A stretch of 64,000 bases of DNA from Acidimicrobiales bacterium. GTDB taxonomy: Bacteria; Actinomycetota; Acidimicrobiia; Acidimicrobiales; SZUA-35. Under the pieces are notes generated by a model. That model was not told the DNA's origin and made no database searches. It saw only the letters and a program-made list of their open reading frames with translations. Location of the stretch: contig OZ244195.1 of assembly GCA_965216685.1 (NCBI GenBank), positions 4,896,673 to 4,960,672 of the forward strand. The letters run 5' to 3'. Position 1 is the stretch's first letter; each line of letters starts with the position of its first letter. Positions 53,049 through 61,753 of the stretch are shown piece by piece. The position numbers and the translations under genes were made by a program.

Positions 53049-54026
53049 TTATCCGGTGTCGCCGCTGACGGTGGAGCGGAACTTGGCCATGAGGTGGGCC
53101 CCGGCCAGAACCGGCTGATAGCGAGGTTGCCGGCCGGAGGCCACGATGCACTCAACCCGGGCGTCCCAGTTGGCGTTGTGGAAGAACGGCATCGTCAGCC
53201 GCCGATGCCCGTGACGGCCGGGCGGCACCACGACCCGATGCATCGTGGAGCGCCAGCGATCATTGGTCCAGCGTTCCATCAGGTCCCCGAGGTTGACCAC
53301 GAACGCACCAGTGGGAGCGTCGACGTCGAGCCAGGTACCGTCATCGGTCTGGACCTGCAGTCCTGGTTCGGCGTCGAGACGAAGTATGGTCAGCGTGCCG
53401 TAGTCGGTGTGGGCGCCGGCCCGGAGCCGATCGGCGGGCGGTGGACCCGACAGGGCCGGATAGTGGGCCAGCCGCAGCGCCGAGGTGTGATGGTCGATGA
53501 ACGGATCGAACCAGCGGGCTCCCAGCCCGAGGGCCGTTCCAAATGCCGCCATCAGCCGGGCCGCCAGGCCGGAAAGTGCCCGGTAGTAGGCCTCCAGCGG
53601 CGGTCTCAGGTCGGGCATGGCCGAGGGCCAGATCGTGGGAGCCCAAACGGCGCGCTCGTCGTCATCGACCATCTCGGCCGGCGGCCGGGGTGGGCTGTCG
53701 ACCGGGCCGACGTTGTAGGTTTCCTTGAGGTCGGGCGCTCCGACCCCGCCGATCGAGCGGTTGAGTGCTTCGACCGAGAACGGCACATAGCCGTAGGGGT
53801 AGTGGGGGTACGGTTTGGCCGCCGTCAGTCGGTCCGACTCCGGCAGGTCGAAGAACGCAAGGGCGGCGCTGTGGGCCTGGGCGACCGTGGATTCGGGCAC
53901 ACCGTGGCCGGTGACGGCGAAGAAGCCGATCCGGCGGCAGGCCTGGTCGAGCTCGGCCCCGGCGGCGGCCCGAACCTGGTCATCGGCGCTCTCGAACCTG
54001 GTGAGGTCGACCAGGGGAACGCTCAC
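53049..54026 (-). CDS. 2-oxoglutarate/Fe(II)-dependent oxygenase (isopenicillin-N-synthase-like).
   Basis: GFFAVTGHGV, GAHTDYGTLTIL (HxD), WRSTMHRVV (distal His/Arg). Confidence 0.8.
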   Translation of the reverse strand: MSVPLVDLTRFESADDQVRAAAGAELDQACRRIGFFAVTGHGVPESTVAQAHSAALAFFDLPESDRLTAAKPYPHYPYGYVPFSVEALNRSIGGVGAPDLKETYNVGPVDSPPRPPAEMVDDDERAVWAPTIWPSAMPDLRPPLEAYYRALSGLAARLMAAFGTALGLGARWFDPFIDHHTSALRLAHYPALSGPPPADRLRAGAHTDYGTLTILRLDAEPGLQVQTDDGTWLDVDAPTGAFVVNLGDLMERWTNDRWRSTMHRVVVPPGRHGHRRLTMPFFHNANWDARVECIVASGRQPRYQPVLAGAHLMAKFRSTVSGDTG

Positions 54027-54062
54027 CGCTCGACCCCCTTCATGGTCGCTGAGCCCAGCGTC

Positions 54063-54560
54063 CTAGGCCCGTTCAATCCTGCGCAACCCGTTGTCCGCAG
54101 TCCACCATTCGACGGCCAGCATCGTGGCCTCGTCGTTGAGCCCGGTGATCACGACCTCGTCGATGTCGGCCAGGAACCACTCGCCCTGGGGTTCGGCGGC
54201 GTCATCGGCGTTGGCATCGAGGTCGCCCAGGTCGTGGGCGAAGATCGGTCCGCCGGGAATGGCCCGACCGCCGATCTTGGCTTCGCCCGACCACTCCGAC
54301 TCCTTGCCCTGCTCAGGGTGGAACGTGGGGCCGTGGAGAGCAAACCGAGCATCACGGTGCAGGTCGGCACCCTTGCGGGAATCCGGCATCGAACCGAATC
54401 GAAGGTCACCGTCGACGAACTCACACTCGATCCCCGAGATTCGGGGCGATCCGTCGGCCCGCAGGGTGGCGATCGTCTTGTGTCGACCGGCATCGAACAG
54501 TTGGCGCACCCGACCGGCGAACTCCGGCTCGGCCTCCTCAATCTCGTTCCATCGGGCCAT
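54063..54560 (-). CDS. Pyridoxamine-5'-phosphate-oxidase-family (FMN/F420-binding split barrel) protein.
   Basis: GRHKTIATLRADGSPRISGIE...ARFALHG. Confidence 0.7.
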   Translation of the reverse strand: MARWNEIEEAEPEFAGRVRQLFDAGRHKTIATLRADGSPRISGIECEFVDGDLRFGSMPDSRKGADLHRDARFALHGPTFHPEQGKESEWSGEAKIGGRAIPGGPIFAHDLGDLDANADDAAEPQGEWFLADIDEVVITGLNDEATMLAVEWWTADNGLRRIERA

Positions 54561-54587
54561 GGACGACCAGCGTAGTACGGCGACCCT

Positions 54588-55052
54588 TCAGCCCTGGCCC
54601 TCGGCGCCCTCAACCGACAACTCGTCGAACGCCACCTCCAACCCACGTCGACCAGCAGCCGACAGCGGAGCGGCGAACAACCGTTGAATGTCTCGAGTAT
54701 GCACAGTCGCCATTCGCCGATGCAGGCGACGACCGTCGGCGGTGGCACCGACCAGCACTTCGCGGCGATCCACTTCGCCCCGGAAACGCTCCAGGATGCC
54801 GGCCTCGACCAGTCGACCGACGATCCGGTTGCACGAGCTGTTGGCCAACAGCAGGCGTCCAGCCAGCTCACCCATGCGTAGCGGGTCCCCGCTGACCACC
54901 ACCTGATGCAGCACGTCGTAGTCGTCAAGCGAGCGGTTGAACCTGTGGCGCAGACTCCGGTCCATTTCCTGCACCACGGTGCGGTGAAAGCGCGCCATCC
55001 GCTCCCAATTGGCCAGGTCACGGGCCAACGCCTGCTGCTGCCGGATAGCCAT
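54588..55052 (-). CDS. MarR-family transcriptional regulator.
   Basis: DYDVLHQVVVSGDPLRMGELAGRLLLANSSCNRIVGRLVEAGILER. Confidence 0.85.
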   Translation of the reverse strand: MAIRQQQALARDLANWERMARFHRTVVQEMDRSLRHRFNRSLDDYDVLHQVVVSGDPLRMGELAGRLLLANSSCNRIVGRLVEAGILERFRGEVDRREVLVGATADGRRLHRRMATVHTRDIQRLFAAPLSAAGRRGLEVAFDELSVEGAEGQG

Positions 55053-55081
55053 GAAGCCACCCTACACCAGTCTCGCTATAC

Positions 55082-55099
55082 TATTTCCGTTCGGAAATA
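55082..55099. promoter_or_regulatory. Palindromic candidate MarR operator in the MarR / pirin divergent region.
   Basis: TATTTCCG-tt-CGGAAATA, perfect 8-2-8, in an AT-rich spacer. Confidence 0.55.
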
Positions 55100-55128
55100 T
55101 ATTGAATGGGGTACGGGTTGTACCAATC

Positions 55129-55848
55129 ATGACAACGCCAACAATCGACATTCACCGGGCCGATGATCGCTTCCACACCCGAATCGGCTGGCTCGACTCA
55201 CGGCATTCGTTCAGCTTCGGTCGCCACCACTCCCCCGACAACACCCATCACGGCCAGCTGCTGGTCCTCAACGACGACCGGGTGGCCGGCGGCACCGGGT
55301 TCGAAACCCACCCCCATCGGGACATGGAAATCGTCACCTGGGTGCTCGACGGTGAACTCGAGCACAAGGACTCCGAGGGCAATCGAGGCCTCATCTACCC
55401 CGGATTGGCCCAGCGCATGAGCGCCGGTACCGGAATCTGGCACTCGGAGAAGAACTGGAGTACCACCGACGAGGTCCACTTCATCCAGATGTGGGTTGTC
55501 CCCGACACCGCTTCGGTGAACCCCGGCTATCAGCAAGTCGACGTCAACCAACAACTCGACAGCGGCGAACTGGTGCCCGTGGCTTCCGGCCAGGGCCACG
55601 AGGCCGCCATCTCCATCCAGCAGCGCGACGCCGCGCTGTGGGCCGCCCGGTTGAAACCCGGTACGGCCGTCGTCGTGCCCGAGTCCGAGTTCGGTCACGT
55701 GTTCGTGGCCCGGGGCCAAGCGACGCTCGAGGAAGCCGGATCACTGGCCGCCGGCGATGCCGTCAGGCTGACCGGTATCGGGGGCATGGCGCTCGAATCA
55801 GAGGGCGGAGCCGAGGTTCTGATCTGGACCACCGGTTCGCTAACCTAG
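55129..55848 (+). CDS. Pirin-family protein.
   Basis: ORF 55009..55848 trimmed to MTTPTIDIH. Motifs: HSFSFG, GFETHPHRDMEIVTWVLDGELEHKDS, MSAGTGIWHSE. Confidence 0.85.
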   Translation: MTTPTIDIHRADDRFHTRIGWLDSRHSFSFGRHHSPDNTHHGQLLVLNDDRVAGGTGFETHPHRDMEIVTWVLDGELEHKDSEGNRGLIYPGLAQRMSAGTGIWHSEKNWSTTDEVHFIQMWVVPDTASVNPGYQQVDVNQQLDSGELVPVASGQGHEAAISIQQRDAALWAARLKPGTAVVVPESEFGHVFVARGQATLEEAGSLAAGDAVRLTGIGGMALESEGGAEVLIWTTGSLT

Positions 55849-55917
55849 TGGCCCACTGACCCCGGCACGAGCCGTGGGTCGGGCGCCACCTCCCAGGCTC
55901 GCTTTGCCGAGTGCGGC

Positions 55918-56154
55918 GTGATCACGAAGCGGCCCGATCTCGCCGCAATGCAGATCGTCGGCGGCAACGGGGCGGCGGCGCTCGTCAACAAAGACACGGT
56001 GGTCGATCTGGCGGCAGGCACGATCCACACTCTCGGGACCTACGGCCTCCCAAGACTTCGAGCCGTCGACTCCGACGGTGATGGTTTCCATGAGAGCATC
56101 ATCGATCGGAACGACTCTCAGCCGCAGAGCCTTCGGTCCCCCGTCGGAGCATAG
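55918..56154 (+). CDS. Hypothetical 78-aa ORF. It is ambiguous with the antisense 83-aa ORF 55840..56091.
   Basis: Third-position GC is somewhat higher in the + frame than in the antisense frame (hand count). No family recognised and no clear RBS. Confidence 0.25.
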   Translation: MITKRPDLAAMQIVGGNGAAALVNKDTVVDLAAGTIHTLGTYGLPRLRAVDSDGDGFHESIIDRNDSQPQSLRSPVGA

Positions 56155-56200
56155 AGGCGGCTCCGACCCGGCTTGGCGGATCGTGACCGGCCCGGCGCCG

Positions 56201-57217
56201 TCAGCGGTCCAGCGGCCAGTCGTTCGGGTTCATCGACGCCCGCTCGTCCTCGATCTCCCCGACGAGTTCGGCCACGATGTCTTCGATCGTGATCAGGCCA
56301 TGGGTTCGACCGTCCGGGTCGGTGACGACGGCCATCCAGCGTCCATTGCGCTGCATCCGGGCGAGCACGGCCCAGATGGGATCGTCCGGCCGGCAGCTGA
56401 GAACGTCGCGTGACAGTGCCGACACGACCGGGTCCAACCCGGCGGTCACCGTGGCCGCCAGATCCCGTAGGCGTACTACACCGACGATGTGGTTGACGTC
56501 GCTGTCGTGGACCGGCAGACGACGATGACCGGCAGCGACCGCCAGGGCCAGCGCATCCCGGGCCGTGACCTGACGATCAACGGACGTCATGTCCTCCCGG
56601 GCGACCATGATCTCGCTCACCTGACGATCGTTGAATTCGAAAGATCGGGCAACAAGGTCGGCGTCTCGTTCACCGATCGCACCGGCTTCAGCGGATTCCT
56701 GGGCCAGGACACGAATCTCCTCCTCACTCAACGCTCCTGTTGCCGTTACCGTCCCAGTGGCCTGAAATCCGGCCATCCACACCAATCCGGCAACAACCGG
56801 GCGGAGAACGACGACCATCACCCTTAGCAGTGGCGTCACCCGCAATGCCGTGCCGAGCGGTGCTTGCATCGCCCTGGTCTTGGGGACCGCCTCGGCGTAG
56901 ACGAACAACGCCACCGTCAAGATCACCGTCGCAACCGTGACTCCGATGCCTCCGAACCAACGACCGGCGAGAACACCGGAAATGGTGGCAGCTGCCACCT
57001 GGAGCCCGAGTGTCAGCAGAAGCACGGCGTTGAGCACAACAGGAAGATCGTCCAGCATCTGCAGGAGAGACTCAGCCCGCCGTGGGTTTGAACGAGCGTC
57101 CAATAGCACGGAGCTGCGACGAATGCGGACGATCGACACCTCGGCCGCGCCCAGAACGGCCGCTCCGCCGAAGCACAAGGCAAAGGCGCCGACCAGCGCC
57201 AGATCAACGAGGCTCAC
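56201..57217 (-). CDS. CNNM/CorB-type DUF21 + CBS-pair membrane protein (putative Mg2+/Co2+ efflux), lacking a CorC_HlyC tail.
   Basis: DUF21 TM region with AEVSIVRIRRS and AEAVPKT. CBS pair has SEIMVAREDM and HRRLPVHDSDVNHIVGVV. GTG start. Confidence 0.8.
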   Translation of the reverse strand: MSLVDLALVGAFALCFGGAAVLGAAEVSIVRIRRSSVLLDARSNPRRAESLLQMLDDLPVVLNAVLLLTLGLQVAAATISGVLAGRWFGGIGVTVATVILTVALFVYAEAVPKTRAMQAPLGTALRVTPLLRVMVVVLRPVVAGLVWMAGFQATGTVTATGALSEEEIRVLAQESAEAGAIGERDADLVARSFEFNDRQVSEIMVAREDMTSVDRQVTARDALALAVAAGHRRLPVHDSDVNHIVGVVRLRDLAATVTAGLDPVVSALSRDVLSCRPDDPIWAVLARMQRNGRWMAVVTDPDGRTHGLITIEDIVAELVGEIEDERASMNPNDWPLDR

Positions 57218-57503
57218 TGCTGTCCAATCGTCCCATGCCGGCTCATTGGCATCTCGACCTTCTCAGCTCCAGCATGCAGTCGACTGACGGAAGAAAACCA
57301 GAGCCGAAGGTCCGATCGGGCGATTCTAACTCCCTGGTCCAGGAGCGGTCGAAGCCGCGAATCGGAAGGGACGAGTGACCATGAGCCGCGCCGACCAGCG
57401 TGCATCGGGACCTCTTGCCCTGTCACCGGGTCGTTGGTGCCATCAGGCTGGAACGTAGGCCGCCGTCACGGCCGAGCCGCCTTGACCATGGAAGGACGAG
57501 ACC

Positions 57504-57764
57504 GTGATCAGCCACCATCCCCAGGATCCGAGCGACACCCCGATCACCGAGGTGGTTGTGTGGCGGGACGGAACGGTTGTCCATCGGGAGCTCTGCGAGT
57601 CCGAGCAGGAGGCCGCCGACATCATTGCCCACTGGGAAGAGCTCGCCGGGGTCGTCTGCGAAGTCGTCGATCTCGTAACCGGACGGGACGAGGGGGCGGT
57701 CGACATCGATTGGTCCGACCCTGTCGCCGACTATTCAGGGCTCGATTCGGATCAGGCGGGATGA
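57504..57764 (+). CDS. Hypothetical acidic 86-aa protein.
   Basis: GTG start with GGAAGGA 8 nt upstream. Third-position GC is consistent with coding. No family recognised. Confidence 0.4.
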   Translation: MISHHPQDPSDTPITEVVVWRDGTVVHRELCESEQEAADIIAHWEELAGVVCEVVDLVTGRDEGAVDIDWSDPVADYSGLDSDQAG

Positions 57765-57823
57765 GCCGCCGGCGATCCCCACGGAGTCAGCCATGTCAAC
57801 AACAGCCCACTCTGATTCCAGGG

Positions 57824-58426
57824 TCATCTCCGCAGAAGCCACGTCGCCGTCCGTTGAAACCACCCACGGATCCCCCCTCGCCACCGGCATAGTCCGAACG
57901 CAACTGGTGCCGATCTGGTCCAACCACTGGTACGGGCTGGCCGCTCGGAGCGGGTAACGGCGAAGCCACGGGCCTCGCTCGTCAAACGGCGAGCCCAGCT
58001 GTCGGAGCCGACCCTGATGGCCCTGGCGGTTCCGCTGCCGGCCACGACGTGGCTGCCGCTGCGCACCTCGTCGCCGACGGGCGGCAGACGGACCAGGTAC
58101 CCGTCCCGGTACACGTCGATGTCATCGTCAACCAGGACCTTGAGCGCGTCGAGACTGCGTTTGGCCCGCAGCTCCTGTATGATGCCGATTGCGCTGTTGA
58201 GGACGGCGACGACGGCGAAGAGCGCGTCGATCCAGTCGCCGAACACCAATACCACGGCGGCCAGCGAACCGACAATGGCATTGAATCGGGTGACAACATT
58301 GGTTCTGATGATGTGGGAAACGGACCTCGAGGTCCGATTCTCCATTGTGTTGCCGAGCCCTGAACGGTGACGGTCGGCGGCCTCGGGCGACGTGAGACCG
58401 GCCGAGCGGTCTACCAGCGCCTCCAT
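57824..58426 (-). pseudogene. N-terminal remnant of a cation-translocating P-type ATPase (CtpE-like).
   Basis: GLTSPEAADRHRSGLGNTM, SRSVSHIIRTNVVTRFNAIVG, and IGIIQELRAKRSLDALKVL match the ATPase N-terminus and TM1-2. An internal gap follows (RDG...directly to GDEVRSGSHVVAGSGTARAIRVGSDSWARRLTSEARGFAVTRSE), then loss of frame. No phosphorylation (DKTGT) or nucleotide domain follows. Confidence 0.6.
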
Positions 58427-58650
58427 AGCAGAATGGCGGCGCACACGGCGATGATTCCGGCCGGTGCCCGCCCTCGTTCGACGATACGATCGACATCCAC
58501 CACCGGCCGCCAATCAATGGCGCCGTGTCGGACTTCGTAGATTCCAGCCGCTTGAACACCAGTTCCGGAATCACTCCCGAATGCCCGTCCCTCACCGGAC
58601 TCTTCGGTGTCCGGACCCTGGCCGGCATCGGTCGGCTCGGTGCTGGTCAT
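58411..58650 (-). CDS. Hypothetical 79-aa protein with a C-terminal TM segment.
   Basis: AGGAGGAA lies 10 nt upstream of the ATG. C-terminus is GIIAVCAAILLW. Third-position GC is modest. It overlaps the start of the ATPase remnant. Confidence 0.35.
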   Translation of the reverse strand: MTSTEPTDAGQGPDTEESGEGRAFGSDSGTGVQAAGIYEVRHGAIDWRPVVDVDRIVERGRAPAGIIAVCAAILLWRRW

Positions 58651-58829
58651 GGCTCCCGTTCCTCCTGCTGTTCGATGTAGTGATCATCGTCTCTTCTGAC
58701 CGGACGGCGCAGAGGCGAAAGGCCGGTTTGGTTCCAAGTCGTCGATCTTGCCAATCTCATGTCCAACTTGCACAATGGGAACTGCGGCCAGGCGGGCGGA
58801 CAGCAGGCGCGGTCGCGAAGGTGGTCATA

Positions 58830-61133
58830 TTGGCTGAGGGGAACCAAGAGGGGGCGAGGGTCGATGCCTCGCTTCAGGGTGACATTGACGCGTTCGATGC
58901 CTGGTCGATGATCGAGTCATCCCCCGACGGGATGCTCCTCGTCGACGAGCAGGGCCGAATTCTGGTGGCCAATACCCGCATTGAAGCGTTGTTTGGCTAC
59001 AACCGTGCCGACCTCGTGGGCCGGGTGATCGAAGACCTGCTGCCGGAACGGCACAGGGGAGCGCATCGGGCTCACCGGACCCGCTACCGAGTGGCCCCTA
59101 CCGTTCGGGCCATGGGGGAAGGCTCCACGCTGTCCGGCCTGCGTCGAGACGGCACAGAGTTCCCGGTCGAAGTCTCACTTAGCCCGATTGACCGCGACGG
59201 CCGAATGCGAGTTGTCGCCACCGTTCGCGACATCAGCAGTCGGCTGTCCGGCGACGCCCACACCCACGCCGTGCTCACCACCGTCGACGCCGCCACTGAC
59301 GGGATGTTCATGTTCAGCCCCGACACGCTCCGCTTCGAGTATGTCAACCAGGGGGCGATCAACCAGGTCGGCTACAGCGAGGCGGAGTTGCTGTCGATGA
59401 CACCACTCCACATCAAACCGGACTTTGACCACGCATCGTTTTCCCGCCTGTTGGAGCCCCTGATCGCCGGCTCTGTGGCGTCGCGCACCTTCACCACCGT
59501 GCACCGTCGCAAAGACGGCACCGACATCCCTGTGGAGATCATCCTCGAGTATCCACCGGCCCGACGCCCCGGTGATCAACGCCTGGTGGTCGGCCTGGTC
59601 CGCGACATCTCCCAGCGGCTGGCCGCCGAGCTGGACTACCGCAAAACCGTCGAGGCCTTTCGGGCCGCCTTCCATCGGGCACCGGTCGCAATCAGTCTGG
59701 CTGTCATTGACGAGGAGGAGGTGCGGCTATCAAGTGTCAACAACGCCTACTGCAACCTTCTCGGCTATGAGGCCGACGAGCTCATCGGTCGCACTGTCAC
59801 CGACCTCGTTGTCGGCTCCCATCGCCATCGGGTGGCGGCGGCTGTCGAGAGGGCGGTCCGGCGAGAGGTGACGATCGGCTCCATCGAAGTGGACTTGGTC
59901 CGATCCGACGGCGCAATCAAACCGGTATGGGCTCACAGTTCCGTCCTGGAGACAGAGGGTGACAAAGCAACGACCATTCTGACCCATGTGATCGATTTGA
60001 GCGAACGCCTACGGACCGAGTCGGAACGTCAGTTGGCCGCCCGAGGGTTCGAAGCTCTCGCCGACATCAGGGCCGCGGTCCTGAATGACCTGCCGCAGGA
60101 AGAGATGATGGTCCTGATCTGCCGGTGGGCCATTGAGCTGACTGGAGCGGACAATGCTTTTGTCACCCGTCCCGACCGAGACTCGAATCGTCATGATGTT
60201 GTCGCCGTTGACCGGGCTGCGACTAGAAGCCTTCTGCCTGAAAGCTTCGAAATCGACGAGCCTGCCCGCCGGGCATTGGCCGGCGAACTCCACCGTATTC
60301 CCGATCTTGATGTGGCCACTGACGTCGATCCCACCAACCGGAGCGCCGTGAGAGATCGGTCCTCCGAAACGCAGAGCGGAATAATCGTCCGGATTGCCAC
60401 CGCCCCGGATCCATGTCTTCTGTTCGTCATCAGCAACGAACGGGACGACTTCGGCCCAACGTCCATCCACATGGTTGAGGCGTTCGCGGCCCAGGCGGCC
60501 ACTGCCCTCGACCTTGCCCAACATCGGCGCGATCAGACCAGACTGACACTGCTCGAGGACCGGGAACGGATCGCCCACGACTTCCACGATCTAGTCATCC
60601 AGCGGTTGTTCGCGGCCGGACTGAACCTTTCGGCGGCCCGGGCGCTGGTCGACGATCAGGACGTTGTGAGCCGGATGGTCCACGTTGTCGACGAGATCGA
60701 CGAGGCCATCGCCGAGCTACGATCGACCATCTTCCACCTCACCGCCGATGCTCCGGTAAGCCCCGCTCAACGGTTGACGTTGGTCGTGGCCAAGACCAAA
60801 CACTGGTTCGGCTCGGAGCCCTCGTTCCAGCTCGAGGGCGACCCTGATGCCATGCCCGTGGCGGTGTTGGAGCAGCTGGTGCCGGTACTGACCGAGATCC
60901 TTTCCAACGCCGCCCGGCATGGCGCAGCCAACGAGGTGGATGTTGTCGTTACCACCGATTGCTCCGGGACCACTCTTCGGGTGGCTGACAACGGCGTCGG
61001 GTTCGATGCCGATGCAGTCGATCGGCGTGGCCTGGCCAACCTGGTGGCGAGGGCCGAACAGCTCGGCGGCGACTGCACGATCGAGACCGAACCAGGTTGC
61101 GGGGCAACGGTAACCTGGACCGTCCCGCACTGA
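58830..61133 (+). CDS. Cytoplasmic sensor histidine kinase: three PAS domains + GAF + HisKA_3 + HATPase_c (NarL-partner class).
   Basis: PAS1: SSPDGMLLVDEQGRILVANTRIEALFGY...GLRRDGTEFPVEVSLSPI. PAS2: TDGMFMFSPDTLRFEYVNQGAINQVGYSEAEL...HRRKDGTDIPVEI. PAS3: APVAISLAVID...VNNAYCNLLGYEADELIG...RSDGAIKPV. Then a GAF region. H-box: RERIAHDFHDLVIQRLFAAGL. N/G boxes: LSNAARHG and DNGVGF. The start (TTG 58830, with an AAGGTGG RBS) is uncertain; alternatives are GTG 58821 and ATG 58908. Confidence 0.85.
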   Translation: MAEGNQEGARVDASLQGDIDAFDAWSMIESSPDGMLLVDEQGRILVANTRIEALFGYNRADLVGRVIEDLLPERHRGAHRAHRTRYRVAPTVRAMGEGSTLSGLRRDGTEFPVEVSLSPIDRDGRMRVVATVRDISSRLSGDAHTHAVLTTVDAATDGMFMFSPDTLRFEYVNQGAINQVGYSEAELLSMTPLHIKPDFDHASFSRLLEPLIAGSVASRTFTTVHRRKDGTDIPVEIILEYPPARRPGDQRLVVGLVRDISQRLAAELDYRKTVEAFRAAFHRAPVAISLAVIDEEEVRLSSVNNAYCNLLGYEADELIGRTVTDLVVGSHRHRVAAAVERAVRREVTIGSIEVDLVRSDGAIKPVWAHSSVLETEGDKATTILTHVIDLSERLRTESERQLAARGFEALADIRAAVLNDLPQEEMMVLICRWAIELTGADNAFVTRPDRDSNRHDVVAVDRAATRSLLPESFEIDEPARRALAGELHRIPDLDVATDVDPTNRSAVRDRSSETQSGIIVRIATAPDPCLLFVISNERDDFGPTSIHMVEAFAAQAATALDLAQHRRDQTRLTLLEDRERIAHDFHDLVIQRLFAAGLNLSAARALVDDQDVVSRMVHVVDEIDEAIAELRSTIFHLTADAPVSPAQRLTLVVAKTKHWFGSEPSFQLEGDPDAMPVAVLEQLVPVLTEILSNAARHGAANEVDVVVTTDCSGTTLRVADNGVGFDADAVDRRGLANLVARAEQLGGDCTIETEPGCGATVTWTVPH

Positions 61134-61182
61134 AGAGTCACGGGCCCGTAAAGGGCCGAGCCGACGTCGAAGACCATCGCTG

Positions 61183-61536
61183 TCAGGAGGTTGAGGCGCG
61201 GACGATGGCGGCGATCAGGCCGTCAAGACTTCCGGCCTCCTTGAGCACGACGTCAGATACCCCGGCATTGTGGAGTTCCACCACACTACGGTTGGGTATC
61301 GTCGTGGCGTATATCACCAGAGTACGCCCGCCGGCGGACAGCTCAGCGCGCGGAAATGCATCGACCACCACCACGTCGGGATCCAGCCTTTGGATCTCCT
61401 GCATCGCTCCCGATTGATCGTTGGCACTGCCCAACATCCGGATCCGGCCGGAACTGCTGAGGAACCCGGACAGCAAGGCACCAACTTCTTCTGACGCTTC
61501 AATGAGAAAGACCGTCACTGGCTCAGAGATTGCCAT
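61183..61536 (-). CDS. Stand-alone receiver (CheY-like) domain protein.
   Basis: Trimmed to MAISEP. Strand 1: VFLIEASEE (only one acidic residue at the DD position). Phospho-acceptor: PDVVVVDAF. Then LVIYATT (Thr) and VVLKEAG (Lys). Confidence 0.65.
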   Translation of the reverse strand: MAISEPVTVFLIEASEEVGALLSGFLSSSGRIRMLGSANDQSGAMQEIQRLDPDVVVVDAFPRAELSAGGRTLVIYATTIPNRSVVELHNAGVSDVVLKEAGSLDGLIAAIVRASTS

Positions 61537-61626
61537 ACCACTCAAAAAGCACACATACTTACCCCTTGGTCCATCGTCGACCGGACGGGCGGGCGCTGCC
61601 AGGGCCCTTCTACTCTGCTTGACCCA

Positions 61627-61658
61627 CCGAAGGTCCTGGTTCCGTAGAGGACTTTCGG
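61627..61658. promoter_or_regulatory. Inverted repeat between the divergent receiver and NarL-type regulator genes.
   Basis: CCGAAGGTCCT-N10-AGGACTTTCGG has 11-nt arms with one G.T. It lies just downstream of TTGACC. Confidence 0.45.
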
Positions 61659-61753
61659 CTCTGGGCGCAACGTGGCGTTCGCACGGACGATGGATTCATG
61701 GTCATGACCAACTTCCGGTCGCTACGACCCGGATCCCTGTGAGTACGGTGGAT

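Noticed and set aside
55840-56091. Minus-strand 83-aa ORF beginning METITVGVDGSKSW, resembling the first strand of universal stress proteins.
   Set aside because: Similarity is limited to about 15 residues. There is no ATP-binding G-2x-G-9x-G(S/T) motif, no RBS, and third-position GC is lower than in the antisense frame. At best it is a gene relic.
57218-57420. M-box (ykoK) Mg2+ riboswitch upstream of the CorB-like gene.
   Set aside because: Only scattered short matches are present. The core GUUAGGUGAGGC and the overall ~160-nt architecture are missing. It is kept only as a low-interest leader observation.
57214-57426. 70-aa minus-strand uORF whose TGA overlaps the CNNM GTG start.
   Set aside because: It has a poor, Arg/Ser-rich composition, no RBS and no family resemblance. 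It is probably a chance ORF within the leader.
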